Shown here: positions 39,145 to 48,862 of the stretch, one piece after another
Layout of the letters: every line of letters begins with the position of its first letter
Position numbering within the stretch: position 1 is the stretch's first letter
Assembly: GCA_963784785.1 (NCBI GenBank)
Contig: CAWASW010000003.1
Span: forward strand, 51,216-115,215
Source of the DNA: Candidatus Woesebacteria bacterium
GTDB taxonomy: Bacteria > Patescibacteriota > Microgenomatia > UBA8517
Length of the DNA: 64,000 nt
Direction of reading: 5' to 3'
Notes under the pieces: generated by a model
What the model saw: the letters and a program-made list of their open reading frames with translations, nothing else
Told to the model about the DNA's origin: nothing
Database searches by the model: none
Translations under genes and position numbers: made by a program

Positions 39145-40977
39145 ATGATCGGAATTTATTCAGACATTGGTTTAGTTGCAATTTTTTTATCGACCCTCAT
39201 TTTAGACTATTTTAACCTTCTCCCTCATTCTGATTTGATAATGTCTGTATTTGCTTTAATAGGTACGATTCCAATTTTAATTAATTCAGTTAAATCTTTA
39301 GTAAAAAAGGAAGTGGCTGTTGACCACCTGGCAAGTGTTGCCTTGATATTCTCTTTTGTGACAAAGGAATGGCATTCTGCAGTTTTTATTAATTTGATGC
39401 TAGCTTCAGCCAGGATTTTTGATAAATGGACAGAAAAAAGAAAAGATGGAATTATCAAAAGTCTATTAAAATACAGACCCACAGAAATTAAGGTTTTAAT
39501 CGATGGAGATCTTGTAATTAAAAAAATTGATGAGGTAGTAGTTGGAGATATAATTTCAGTTGAAGAAGGAGTTCGAATTCCTGTTGATGGGGAATTAATT
39601 GAAGGCCAAGGCAGCGTTGATGAATCGACATTAACTGGCGAGAGTGTGCCATTAACCAAGAAAAAAGGAGACAAAGTTTATTCATCTACCCTAAACTCCT
39701 CTGGATCGTTTTATATGAAAGCTGAAAAAATTGCAGCCGATAGTACACTAGCGAAAATAATAATTTTGATAGAAGAATCTTCATTAAAGAAATCAAAAAC
39801 GGTTAAAATAGTTTCTAAATTTACCAAATGGTATATCTTGGTGACATTATTTGGTTCGCTTGTTTTGTACTTTTATACTCGTAATACAAACATGGTCTTG
39901 GCGGTACTTTTGGTAATTTGTGCCGATGATATTGCCGTTTCAGTGCCGCTAGCTTTTACTGTTGCAACAGCCAAGGCCGCACAAAGGGGCATTTTGATTA
40001 AAAGTTCGGATGTCTTAGAACGGATTTCTAAGATAAAAACTTTTGTGACAGATAAAACTGGGACATTAACGTTTGGTAAACCGAAAATTGAAGATATCAA
40101 TATAATAGAAAAATATTCAGAAAGAAATTTTACAAGTCTTCTTGGTTCTGCAGAAGCTAATTCAAATCATCCAATAAGCAAAGCGATTATAAAATATATG
40201 TCAGATAAGAAAATTGAGGCTTCTAAACCTGACAGTTTCAAAGAAGATTTTGGTGACGGAATGGTTGCAAAGATTAATAAGTATAACGTTGTTGCTGGTA
40301 AAGAATCGTTTGTCATAAAAAATGGGATTGCTATTAGTAGTAAATACAAAAATATTTTTGAAGAATTAAATAATAAGGGATTTTCTTTGACGATAGTAGG
40401 CATTAATAAAAAACTAGCTGGGTATTTGAGTTTTATTGATAAAGTTAGACCTTCCGCAAAATATTTAATTGAAGACACAAAAAAAATGGGGGTTTTAAAA
40501 TGGATTATGTTAACTGGTGATAATGAAATAATGGCAAAAAGAGTATCGGACGAAGTAAAACTAGACGGATATAAAATGGGTTTAAAACCTGAAGAAAAAA
40601 TAAAAGAAATACAAAAAATTAAGTTAGAAAATAATGGATTAATAGCTATGATAGGAGATGGAGTGAATGACACAGCTTCTCTTGCAATGGCTGATGTTAG
40701 CTTTGCAATGGGAGTAGTTGGTTCTGACGCTGCGATTAATGCAGCAGATGTTGCTTTAATGACTGATAACTTAGAAAAAATTCCTGAAGTAATGAAGCTA
40801 GGAAAATTGACAAACCAGGTAGTTATGCAGAATTTTGCTATATGGGGAGGAACTAATTTAATAGGTTTAATCTTGGTTTTTACTGGCGTGTTATCACCAA
40901 CCGGTGCAGCCACCTTTAACTTTTTGACAGACTTTGTACCAATATTTAATTCACTTCGACTGGGAATGAAAAATTAA
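39145..40977 (+). CDS. P-type cation-transporting ATPase (compact, without an N-terminal metal-binding domain)
   Basis: 'DKTGTLT' and 'GDGVNDTASL'. The TM region has 'ICADD' where P1B pumps have CPC. Confidence 0.75.
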   Translation: MIGIYSDIGLVAIFLSTLILDYFNLLPHSDLIMSVFALIGTIPILINSVKSLVKKEVAVDHLASVALIFSFVTKEWHSAVFINLMLASARIFDKWTEKRKDGIIKSLLKYRPTEIKVLIDGDLVIKKIDEVVVGDIISVEEGVRIPVDGELIEGQGSVDESTLTGESVPLTKKKGDKVYSSTLNSSGSFYMKAEKIAADSTLAKIIILIEESSLKKSKTVKIVSKFTKWYILVTLFGSLVLYFYTRNTNMVLAVLLVICADDIAVSVPLAFTVATAKAAQRGILIKSSDVLERISKIKTFVTDKTGTLTFGKPKIEDINIIEKYSERNFTSLLGSAEANSNHPISKAIIKYMSDKKIEASKPDSFKEDFGDGMVAKINKYNVVAGKESFVIKNGIAISSKYKNIFEELNNKGFSLTIVGINKKLAGYLSFIDKVRPSAKYLIEDTKKMGVLKWIMLTGDNEIMAKRVSDEVKLDGYKMGLKPEEKIKEIQKIKLENNGLIAMIGDGVNDTASLAMADVSFAMGVVGSDAAINAADVALMTDNLEKIPEVMKLGKLTNQVVMQNFAIWGGTNLIGLILVFTGVLSPTGAATFNFLTDFVPIFNSLRLGMKN

Positions 40978-40979
40978 AA

Positions 40980-41462
40980 ATGTTTTTAATTTCCAAAGAT
41001 TACTTCAAGATAGAAAAGACTAAAAATAAGGGGAGAGGAGTGTTTTGTAAAAAAGAAATAAATAAAAAAACAATTATTGGAGAATATACAGGAACTAAAG
41101 TTAAAATTGAAGAATATGATTTAGATAAGGATAAAGATGGGCTTTATCTAATGTTTTTAGATGACAAATACGCAATTTATCCTGATTTAGGTACAGAAGA
41201 TATTCACTTAATTAATCATTCTTGTGAACCTAATTGCTGGATACTGAATCGCAAAAACCATATCTACTTCTTTGCGCTTCGAGATATCAAAATTGGTGAA
41301 GAACTAACAATTTCTTATTTATTGCCTCCAAAAGACAAAACTTGTAACCCTTGTACACATAACTGCAGCTGCGAAAGCAAAAACTGTATAGGAACAATGC
41401 ATCAAACTAAAGAAGGTTTTGCTAAATGGCAAGAGTTTCAGGATCTTTTAGGTAGAGAATAG
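40980..41462 (+). CDS. SET-domain protein (putative lysine methyltransferase)
   Basis: 'LINHSCEPNC' (the NHSCxPN motif), 'ELTISY', and a Cys-rich post-SET region. Confidence 0.7.
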   Translation: MFLISKDYFKIEKTKNKGRGVFCKKEINKKTIIGEYTGTKVKIEEYDLDKDKDGLYLMFLDDKYAIYPDLGTEDIHLINHSCEPNCWILNRKNHIYFFALRDIKIGEELTISYLLPPKDKTCNPCTHNCSCESKNCIGTMHQTKEGFAKWQEFQDLLGRE

Positions 41463-42004
41463 TAAAGTATAACGATTCCAATTATTCCGAAAGTTATTGC
41501 AACTGGAGCACCATTTATAAAACTAACAAGTGTGGTCCAATTGGCTCCAAAAAAGTATCCTAAATAAACATACCCAAAGGCCCAAAGAAATTCGCCAATT
41601 AATACACATATAGAAAACTTTTTAAAATTAAATTTAGTGTATCCTGCAATTAAATTGACAGGGACTGTTAAGGGAAGAGGAAGCCAACGAGTAATAAATA
41701 CAATAAATGTATTTGCCTTAATTTTGTTTATTTTAAACTTACTTAAGTATGCGTCAACTTTAGTTTGACCTAACTTCTTTCCGACATAATATCCTAGGAA
41801 ATCGCCGATGACTGAAGTTACGGTAGCAATTAAAACTAATAGATAAAAATTTAAACTCCCATTGCTGCTAAATGATCCTGCAGCAATTAAAAGAGTTCCT
41901 GTGGGTAACGGTAGTCCAATTTCGCTGCCGATTATCATTAGAACTATGATTGGATAACCATAGATAAGGACATTGGTTAAAAGAAAGTTTAGAACTAAGG
42001 TCAT
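41438..42004 (-). CDS. DedA/VTT-family membrane protein (second paralog)
   Basis: 'YGYPIIVLMIIGSEIGLPLPTGTLLIAAG'. Confidence 0.65.
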   Translation of the reverse strand: MTLVLNFLLTNVLIYGYPIIVLMIIGSEIGLPLPTGTLLIAAGSFSSNGSLNFYLLVLIATVTSVIGDFLGYYVGKKLGQTKVDAYLSKFKINKIKANTFIVFITRWLPLPLTVPVNLIAGYTKFNFKKFSICVLIGEFLWAFGYVYLGYFFGANWTTLVSFINGAPVAITFGIIGIVILYYSLPKRS

Positions 42005-42333
42005 TTCTTATAGTTTGTAATTATCTCGCTGATTTTTTCGATAACTATTTTATTATCAACTTTATTGTCTATTGCGATTTTTTCGATACTAACTTTACCA
42101 TTTTGGAAATTATACCTGAGGTTCTTTTTGAATTCTGGCATAGGAACTGCGTAAGTTCTTGAGATGTAATCAATTGTCATCCAACTTTGTATAAGTGAGA
42201 TGTTTGTTTCTCTTGGAGTGGGGAATGGCCTTTTGTTTATATTTTTATAGATTTTAAAACCGATAAAAAATGAAATTACAATAAAAATAATACCAATAAC
42301 TTTTGCCAAATTTTTATTCTTTTTCGAAGACAT
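42001..42333 (-). CDS. Hypothetical membrane-anchored protein
   Basis: ORF with stop/start overlap with the DedA gene. Confidence 0.4.
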   Translation of the reverse strand: MSSKKNKNLAKVIGIIFIVISFFIGFKIYKNINKRPFPTPRETNISLIQSWMTIDYISRTYAVPMPEFKKNLRYNFQNGKVSIEKIAIDNKVDNKIVIEKISEIITNYKK

Positions 42334-42359
42334 CTACTAATTATATATCTTTGCCCAAC

Positions 42360-42536
42360 TTATTTTTGTGCATTGTTTTTAATCTCTTGAATTTTGTATT
42401 CAGTTTCAAGCCTAACGGCTTTAATTTCTTCATTGGCAGCCAAATCTCTGGCCTTTATTGCATCAGAGTCAACTTTGTCTTTTGCAATTTGCGCCTGTCT
42501 ATCTATTTCATCCTTTGTTTGTTGCAGTGTTGCCAT
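42360..42536 (-). CDS. Small coiled-coil protein (58 aa), not in the ORF track
   Basis: Manual translation gives MATLQQTKDEIDRQAQIAKDKVDSDAIKARDLAANEEIKAVRLETEYKIQEIKNNAQK. It fills an otherwise empty 200-bp gap. Confidence 0.3.
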   Translation of the reverse strand: MATLQQTKDEIDRQAQIAKDKVDSDAIKARDLAANEEIKAVRLETEYKIQEIKNNAQK

Positions 42537-42545
42537 TTTTTATCT

Positions 42546-42791
42546 TTACCCTCTTGAAAATAACCTGCTAATAAAAATTACGACAAGCGATCCTCCTACT
42601 GCAACAATAAATGAAGTTGCATTAAATCCTGTTACTCCGGTACTAAAATATCTTTCTCCTATCCATCCACCAACGACTGCTCCAATAATACCTAAAATGA
42701 TTGATGAAAGAATACCACCTGTGCTCGGTGCTATAAAGTTTGCAATTGATCCTGTAATAAGTCCAAAAACTATCCAATATAATATACTCAT
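42546..42791 (-). CDS. GlsB/YeaQ/YmgE-family (transglycosylase-associated) stress membrane protein
   Basis: 'MSILYWIVFGLITGSIANFI...GIIGAVVGGWIG'. Confidence 0.7.
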   Translation of the reverse strand: MSILYWIVFGLITGSIANFIAPSTGGILSSIILGIIGAVVGGWIGERYFSTGVTGFNATSFIVAVGGSLVVIFISRLFSRG

Positions 42792-42794
42792 ATG

Positions 42795-43148
42795 TTATTC
42801 ACCCCCTTCAATTTGTTTCTCTCCTGATGAAATTCTAATTAATTTGACTATTCCAACTGCTAAAAATCCATAAACTATTAATGCCACAATAGCAGATGGT
42901 TCTACGACTGAGCTAGTTTCAATTCCTTTTGATGTAACTCTTCTGAATATTCCTTCAAACGGTAAAATAAAAATTTTGCTGACGTTATATACAAAATTTA
43001 CAAAATAGCTTCCAGTACCTGCGCCAAGTAACTTAAGGGTAATTCTAAATGCGAGTATTGTGTCTAATATCCCAAAAAAATAATATACAAGGTATTCGTA
43101 TGTTTGCGAGTTGGTCGCCTCTATCTTAACTGGGGTTATTGCCGTCAA
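42795..43148 (-). CDS. Hypothetical small membrane protein (YggT-like?)
   Basis: ORF with 2-3 TMs. Confidence 0.4.
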   Translation of the reverse strand: MTAITPVKIEATNSQTYEYLVYYFFGILDTILAFRITLKLLGAGTGSYFVNFVYNVSKIFILPFEGIFRRVTSKGIETSSVVEPSAIVALIVYGFLAVGIVKLIRISSGEKQIEGGE

Positions 43149-43206
43149 TTACCTGAGTATGTTCCAATTATTAGCTAATAGCAAATATATGTGTTAAGAT
43201 CCATCT

Positions 43207-43710
43207 ATGGCTTATTTTAATAGAGACACAAGTAATAGAGGTGAAAGAGACAACCGTGGTGGGGGAAGAGGATTTTCCTCCAGAGGCGGATCGTCCCTTG
43301 GACGAGGTGGCGGTAACGATGGCCCAAGAGAAATGTTTAAAACTGTTTGTTCTTCTTGTGGTAAAGAATGTGAAGTTCCATTTAAACCTACAAATGGTAA
43401 ACCAGTATATTGCTCTGAATGTTTTGATAGAATAAGCCCTCGAACAGACAGACCTGAGAGAAGTGAGAGACCAGAAAGAAGAGACAGACCATCTTTTGAC
43501 AGACATCAGGCTCCTTCAACACCAAGAGTTGATTATGGACAGCAATTTGAAGCCTTGAATACAAAAATGGACAAGCTAATAGTATTGTTAACACCTAAAG
43601 AAACTGCAGAAGTACCAGAAGTATCAGAGGTATCAAAAGTAGAAGTCAAACCCACAAAAGTATTAAAGGCCAAAAAAGCAAAAGTAGCCAAAGAGGTTGT
43701 TGCTGAATAA
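43207..43710 (+). CDS. RGG-rich protein with a CxxC...CxxC zinc ribbon, putative nucleic-acid binding
   Basis: 'RGGGRGFSSRGGSSLGRGGG' and 'CSSCGKECEVPFKPTNGKPVYCSECF'. Confidence 0.5.
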   Translation: MAYFNRDTSNRGERDNRGGGRGFSSRGGSSLGRGGGNDGPREMFKTVCSSCGKECEVPFKPTNGKPVYCSECFDRISPRTDRPERSERPERRDRPSFDRHQAPSTPRVDYGQQFEALNTKMDKLIVLLTPKETAEVPEVSEVSKVEVKPTKVLKAKKAKVAKEVVAE

Positions 43711-43725
43711 CTATTTGTTTCTTCA

Positions 43726-44013
43726 ATGGACAATGTTCTTCGAAAATATGGTAAGATGATTCATATGAAAAATAAGTATTTGTTAGTTAGCCTAATCGCA
43801 ATTGCAATAGTATTATTGAGTTTTGTTTTTTTGTTTAAGAAAAACGGATCGTCAATGGTGGGTGATTGTTCGAAATACTCTAATAAAGATGGATATACAG
43901 GATGTATGAGTATCGAAAAAGGCGGCAAAAAGAAATGTAAATTCAAAGTAGATAACAAAATTAATCAAGAAACTCAACAAATGGAATTTGCCTATTCTTG
44001 TTTGGAAAAATAG
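43726..44013 (+). CDS. Hypothetical membrane-anchored small protein
   Basis: ORF whose stop overlaps the IS1-like TSD. Confidence 0.4.
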   Translation: MDNVLRKYGKMIHMKNKYLLVSLIAIAIVLLSFVFLFKKNGSSMVGDCSKYSNKDGYTGCMSIEKGGKKKCKFKVDNKINQETQQMEFAYSCLEK

Positions 44014-44409
44014 GCTTAATAGCATAGTGTGTTGATATAACAGAAAGATATAGTTGATAATACGCCTCATTTTGAGTTTGAATAGTATTCAATGGGTCAA
44101 AGAACACTTTTGTGCATATCCTGTAATAGTAAAATGTTTCTGTGGGGAAAGACTGGAACTGGAAAGAAAAGATGGTTTTGTAAAGTTTGTAAAACTTCAA
44201 GAATTTACCACAATAAAAAGAAAGATTTTAAAGTAGTTGATCTTTTCAGACAGTATATTTTGTGGGGTTTGACATATGAAATGCTGTCTTCTGTCTCAGG
44301 TTTGTCTGTAAGATATTTGGAGGGTGAATTTCATAAGTTATTGCTTCTTGATCCTCCAAAACTTCCTAGATTTGATCAAACTTTGTCTGGAAGAATTGAT
44401 ACTGCATAT

Positions 44410-46055
44410 CCTGACTTCGCCAATTAAGTGCCCTGAATAAAAGATAGAAGTTTGGTATTTTTAAGAAGTTGAAGTTGCTCTGTTGTTGGTTCTGTAAATT
44501 TTGATATTTCTTCATTTGAGATTTTGTCTTTGATAGTAATTTCTTTTAAGCTTGATAGAATTTGTAGTATCTTTTTTGTGCTTTTGTTGTTTTTAATTTC
44601 TGCATATCTTGTAATTGCAAGACTGGTAAAAACAATTAACATGTGGGTTAATATTTTTTCTTTGGCTGTATGAAATATTGGTCTAGCTTGGAGGTCTGAT
44701 TTTGTGATTCTAAATGCCTTTTCAACTTGCCAGAGTTCTTGATATTTGGTAATTATTTCTGTGTTTGTTAATTCTAGTGCATTTGTAACATAACCTTTTA
44801 AGCCTTCAAGCTGTTCTGCTTTTTTAAGTTTAGCTTCATTTATTTTCCATTCTTTTTTAATTCCCTTTTCTTTTTTTAGAAATTTGTAGTTTTTAGTTAA
44901 GTTGCTTGGATTATTTAGTGCATAATTTGCTCTTTTTAATTGTTTTTCTCTGTCTGATTTGTCTTTTGATGCTCTTTTGACTGAGTAGTTGATAATTAAA
45001 AATTTAGTTTTTGTAAGTTCAAATCTTTCTGTAGAGCCATCTATTTTAGGTACACTAATTACTTTTTCAAAAATAGTTTTGTCTAAATTACCAAGTCTTG
45101 CTCCAACTATAAACTTTAAGTTTTCTTTTTCCAATTCATCTGTATTTTTCTCACTTAACATACCAGCATCTGCAACAAGAATAATGTCTTTCAAGGAATG
45201 CTTTTTGATGAGGTCTTTCATTACAGGAAGCATTGTGTGGCCTTCAAAAGTATTTCCTTCAAAAGCCTGCATATGAACAGGGAAACCTTGTTTTGTGACT
45301 GTTAAGGAAACAACTATTTGAGGTTGATTTGATTTTTTGTCTTTTGAAAAGCCATTTTTTCTAAAATCATCTTCTGTAAAAGATTCATAATATAAAGTTG
45401 TGACATCAAAAAATAAAACTGAAATTACAGATGAAATATTTGTTTTGGCAAAATTAAATAACAAATCCTCAACTATCTCTTTGTAGCCACCATCAAAGGC
45501 TTTTTTCATGCCTCTGTAGATTTCTGTAAGTGAGTATTTGTGATTTAATTTCTCTTCAAGATAATTTCTAGTTTCAAGTTTTGAAGTTGGATTTAAAATT
45601 CTTGCAATAACAAGATCCTTAAAACAATTGTCTTTTAAGTCATTTAAACCTAAAAAATGATAGTAAAAATCAAAAAAATTGTAAGAGACAGTATCCATTA
45701 CTTTGCCAAAAGTTACCTTTGAAAGTAGCTCTTTAAGTTCAGATTGATTAAATCTGTTGTCAAAAAGTGAAATTCTTCCTTCTTTGATACGACAATCATC
45801 AATGTATTTTAAGCCTAATTTTGTAAGTTCAATTAGCTCCAACTCATTTCTTGCAGTTCCAATGTGCTTCACTATTTTTCTTCTTCCTGAAACTTTTTGG
45901 GCAACTTGAACTGATGTATTAGATTTGTTTTTGACCTTTCTTAAGTACATTCAAACCTAATTTTAGCAAATAAAACAGTAAGTGCCCTAAAGTACATAAA
46001 AATACAAACAATTAGCCTCAAGAAGTTACATAAAAACTAGGTTGGCGAAGTCAGG
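44410..46055 (-). mobile_element. IS1634-family IS copy 2 (1646 bp), nested in the IS1-like element with a 52-bp TSD (44358-44409 and 46056-46107)
   Basis: CCTGACTTCGCC IRs and an identical 508-aa transposase (44424-45950). The 52-mer 'aaaacttcctagatttgatc...gatactgcatat' is duplicated. Confidence 0.75.
44424..45950 (-). CDS. DDE transposase of IS1634-like copy 2
   Basis: 100% identical to the 23546-25072 product. Confidence 0.7.
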   Translation of the reverse strand: MYLRKVKNKSNTSVQVAQKVSGRRKIVKHIGTARNELELIELTKLGLKYIDDCRIKEGRISLFDNRFNQSELKELLSKVTFGKVMDTVSYNFFDFYYHFLGLNDLKDNCFKDLVIARILNPTSKLETRNYLEEKLNHKYSLTEIYRGMKKAFDGGYKEIVEDLLFNFAKTNISSVISVLFFDVTTLYYESFTEDDFRKNGFSKDKKSNQPQIVVSLTVTKQGFPVHMQAFEGNTFEGHTMLPVMKDLIKKHSLKDIILVADAGMLSEKNTDELEKENLKFIVGARLGNLDKTIFEKVISVPKIDGSTERFELTKTKFLIINYSVKRASKDKSDREKQLKRANYALNNPSNLTKNYKFLKKEKGIKKEWKINEAKLKKAEQLEGLKGYVTNALELTNTEIITKYQELWQVEKAFRITKSDLQARPIFHTAKEKILTHMLIVFTSLAITRYAEIKNNKSTKKILQILSSLKEITIKDKISNEEISKFTEPTTEQLQLLKNTKLLSFIQGT

Positions 46056-46868
46056 AAAACTTCCTAGATTTGATCAAACTTTGTCTGGAAGAATTGATAC
46101 TGCATATCTTTTGATTGATGGGCTTTGGTTTGGAAGATGGTTTGTCTTGATGCTGTATAGACAAAGTGGAACTTTGTACCTTTTGCATGTATCTATTGCT
46201 GGTAGAGAGGCTTCAACAAAAATAGTTAAGGATTTGAGGTTCATAAAGGAGGAATTAAAATACACATTTTCAGGCTCTGTAACAGATGGAGGAACTGCCA
46301 TTTGTTCTGCGGTTGATGAAGTGTATCCCCCACTCTCCACATCAGATATGTCTTGCTCATATGCATAGAGATATTGTAAATGCACTTGGTAGACACTCAA
46401 AAGATAGAAGAATTGAAGAATTAATAAAAATTGCAAACCACATTTGGTTCATAGAAAGTCATGAAGCTTTGAAATACTGGGAAACAATCTTAAAAGATTG
46501 GGTTAAGGCTAATTTCTTCTTTCTGAAAGAGATGAGGACAGATGATTCTGGCCACAGTTGGTATATTCATAAAGGTGTGAGAAAAGCTGTCAGGATCCTA
46601 ATTAAACTTCCAAAAACCTCATTCAAGTTTTTAGACCACCCAACTATGCCAAAAACAACAAATGAAATTGAAGCTACATTTGGGCATATAGGACAAAGAT
46701 GGTTAAGACATAAAGGCCTTAAAAAGACTCGTTGGGAAAGTTACCTTAAATGGTTTGTATATTATTACAACTTTGAAAAAATGAAGGCCGATAATAAAAC
46801 AAAACAGGATTAGAAAAACAACACATTAGTTCCATTAAGCCGAAAAATAAGAATATTAAATACTAATT

Positions 46869-47126
46869 TTACTTTGCAATAAGTTTGTTGTAAATAAGGC
46901 CAAACAGCCCTATGTGAACAAATCCTTCGACAAACCCCCAAAATGCTCCCGTAAATATTCCAGTTACTGATATTGAATATCCATATGCACCATATATATC
47001 AATTAACGATTTTGTAAATTGAGGAAAGCCTGGAAAATTGATAAGACTCATAATTGTGACAAGAGCACCGCATCCTGCTAAATAAATTCCTCCCGCTAAA
47101 GCAAATTTTAAAGTGTTTAATTTCAT
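46869..47126 (-). CDS. Hypothetical small membrane protein
   Basis: ORF with 2 TMs. Confidence 0.4.
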   Translation of the reverse strand: MKLNTLKFALAGGIYLAGCGALVTIMSLINFPGFPQFTKSLIDIYGAYGYSISVTGIFTGAFWGFVEGFVHIGLFGLIYNKLIAK

Positions 47127-47135
47127 CCCTTTTGG

Positions 47136-47894
47136 TTATATAATTTTTTTCTTAATTATCAGAATAAAGTTTGAAATAATAAGTAAAGATATACAGACTA
47201 CAATAGTCGTAATAACTGCTGGATAAGAATTATTAAATCCACTTGGCATGGTGTGTTTTAACCAGATATCATAGTAGGCCCAAACAGGGACAAGACCATA
47301 TGCCAAGTTTTTATCTTTATGCATTCTCCAAATGGTAATAACAAGTCCCACTAATAATACTATTATCATCCAGAAGACTTCAGATAAACCAAAACGATTC
47401 CATCCGATATTAACTAAAAAGCCAGTTATATTGGCGATTGTTGCAACTGTTACCCATCCAAAATAAATTCCAAAGGGAATTTTATAAATTAATTTTTCCT
47501 TTAAACTTAATTTTTCTTTGTTAATTGCATCCGAAATTTTGATAAGAGTAAAGAGAAGGACCAGCATCAATAATATTGTTAGCCATATTACTTTATAATG
47601 CCAAGCGAATATCCAAGCACTATTAGCCAGAGAGCTAATGATGAATAATGTATTAACATTTTTGGATAGTTTTTTATTTATTTTTTTGGAAAAAAGCTGA
47701 TACATCAAATAGACGGCAAGAAGTAAGTAAATGACACCCCAAATTGAGAAAGTTAAACCTGTTGGAGCAAAAAGATTTGGAAACGAATCAGAAATCTCAC
47801 CTGTGGTTAAATTATTGATTGGCAATATGTTTGCCAAGGCGTTGACACCAATCATTATGATAAATGTTATTAAAGCCAAAATTTTCAAAGCCAT
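47136..47894 (-). CDS. TspO/MBR-like membrane protein (second, divergent paralog)
   Basis: 'FAPTGLTFSIWGVIYLLLAVYLMYQ' TspO-like motif. Confidence 0.45.
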   Translation of the reverse strand: MALKILALITFIIMIGVNALANILPINNLTTGEISDSFPNLFAPTGLTFSIWGVIYLLLAVYLMYQLFSKKINKKLSKNVNTLFIISSLANSAWIFAWHYKVIWLTILLMLVLLFTLIKISDAINKEKLSLKEKLIYKIPFGIYFGWVTVATIANITGFLVNIGWNRFGLSEVFWMIIVLLVGLVITIWRMHKDKNLAYGLVPVWAYYDIWLKHTMPSGFNNSYPAVITTIVVCISLLIISNFILIIKKKII

Positions 47895-48157
47895 GTTGTT
47901 TATTGCTATTTAATAATATCATCAAAAACTCTCAACAATCAATGAATCTCTCAACATGGTTTTTTTGTTATTTCAAATTTAGGTTTGAAAAGTTAAACGC
48001 ATTCATGAACAATGAAGTTGAATTTAATTATAATTAACTACCAAATATAATGGACTACTTAAGACTGTATCCGCCGTCAATAAACCAGCCTATACAGAAG
48101 TAGGATTGCACTAGGACTACTTAATTATGAATAAGCCAGAGAAAAAGGAGATTGTTG

Positions 48158-48676
48158 TTATTTTTGCGCACCAATGAAAACTGTATATACTCTTCCTGCA
48201 TTTGATCCTGACGAATCAGCAACGCAACCATAAATGAAATCAGGATTCGATGCCGCCTTAGTCCCTTGGTATAAAAACATTTGCGCTAAATTGTTATCAG
48301 GTCTTTTTAATTTTCCACCACCCTGATAATTTAATCCCAAAGTTTTGAAGTCATTAAAATAGGTCTGATTAGCTGAATCCTTTATCTCATTAGCAAAATT
48401 AATTTGTGGTGATTCATCTAGACTTATTGCCAACTCTGTGGATTTTTTCCTTGCGTACGCACATAGGTTTTGATCAACGATTAATTCAGAAATGCCGATT
48501 CTCTTTCTTTCTTGGTTCACGGCATTAAAAGTGCTTATTGCATATTCTGCTTGTTGGGCTTTATCTACCATTTTATCTGGAGCGAAACTCGAACCAAAAC
48601 CGCTTAAAAAGGCTTTTCCTAAAAATAAACCGAGAACAACTCCCAAGCCGACTAAAACATATTTAAACACCTTCAT
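48158..48676 (-). CDS. Secreted or membrane-anchored hypothetical protein
   Basis: Signal/TM N-terminus. Flanked by ~55-bp direct repeats. Confidence 0.45.
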   Translation of the reverse strand: MKVFKYVLVGLGVVLGLFLGKAFLSGFGSSFAPDKMVDKAQQAEYAISTFNAVNQERKRIGISELIVDQNLCAYARKKSTELAISLDESPQINFANEIKDSANQTYFNDFKTLGLNYQGGGKLKRPDNNLAQMFLYQGTKAASNPDFIYGCVADSSGSNAGRVYTVFIGAQK

Positions 48677-48862
48677 AGTTTTATTCTATCATAAATACCA
48701 CCACCAAACAAATTGCTCCCACTAATAAAAATTTTGATTTTTTGCAATCAAACCTCTTGTCATTCCAAACAAAAGTTTGAAAAGTTAAACGCGTTTATGA
48801 ATAGAAGGGTAGAGTTTGGATTCACTTATCAGAATATTAAAACAGTGGTTGATAAACAATTA

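Larger units (their letters stand above)
44011..46841 (+). mobile_element. IS1-family element copy B (8-bp TSD GAAAAATA), interrupted inside its ORF1 by the IS1634-like element
   Basis: The same IRs as copy A are at 44011 and 46841. ORF1 is split into 44092-44427 and 46042-46368, and ORF2 is at 46286-46813. Confidence 0.6.

Noticed and set aside
42394-42873. 159-aa + strand ORF, and similar antisense ORFs at 2388-2786, 1308-1499, 3428-3778, 4569-4874, 28171-28533, 43171-43506, 55339-55608, 61804-62313 and 63786-63974
   Set aside because: They lie opposite to well-supported genes (GlsB/YeaQ, the CHAP protein, dnaN, EEP, AOS, gap, tkt). They are low-complexity and lack motifs, so they are typical antisense artefacts.
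46042-46368. Independent 108-aa gene starting 'MAKSGKLPRFDQ'
   Set aside because: Its N-terminus is encoded by the IS1634-like right end plus TSD. It is the displaced C-terminal part of IS1-like ORF1 (compare 34857-35435).
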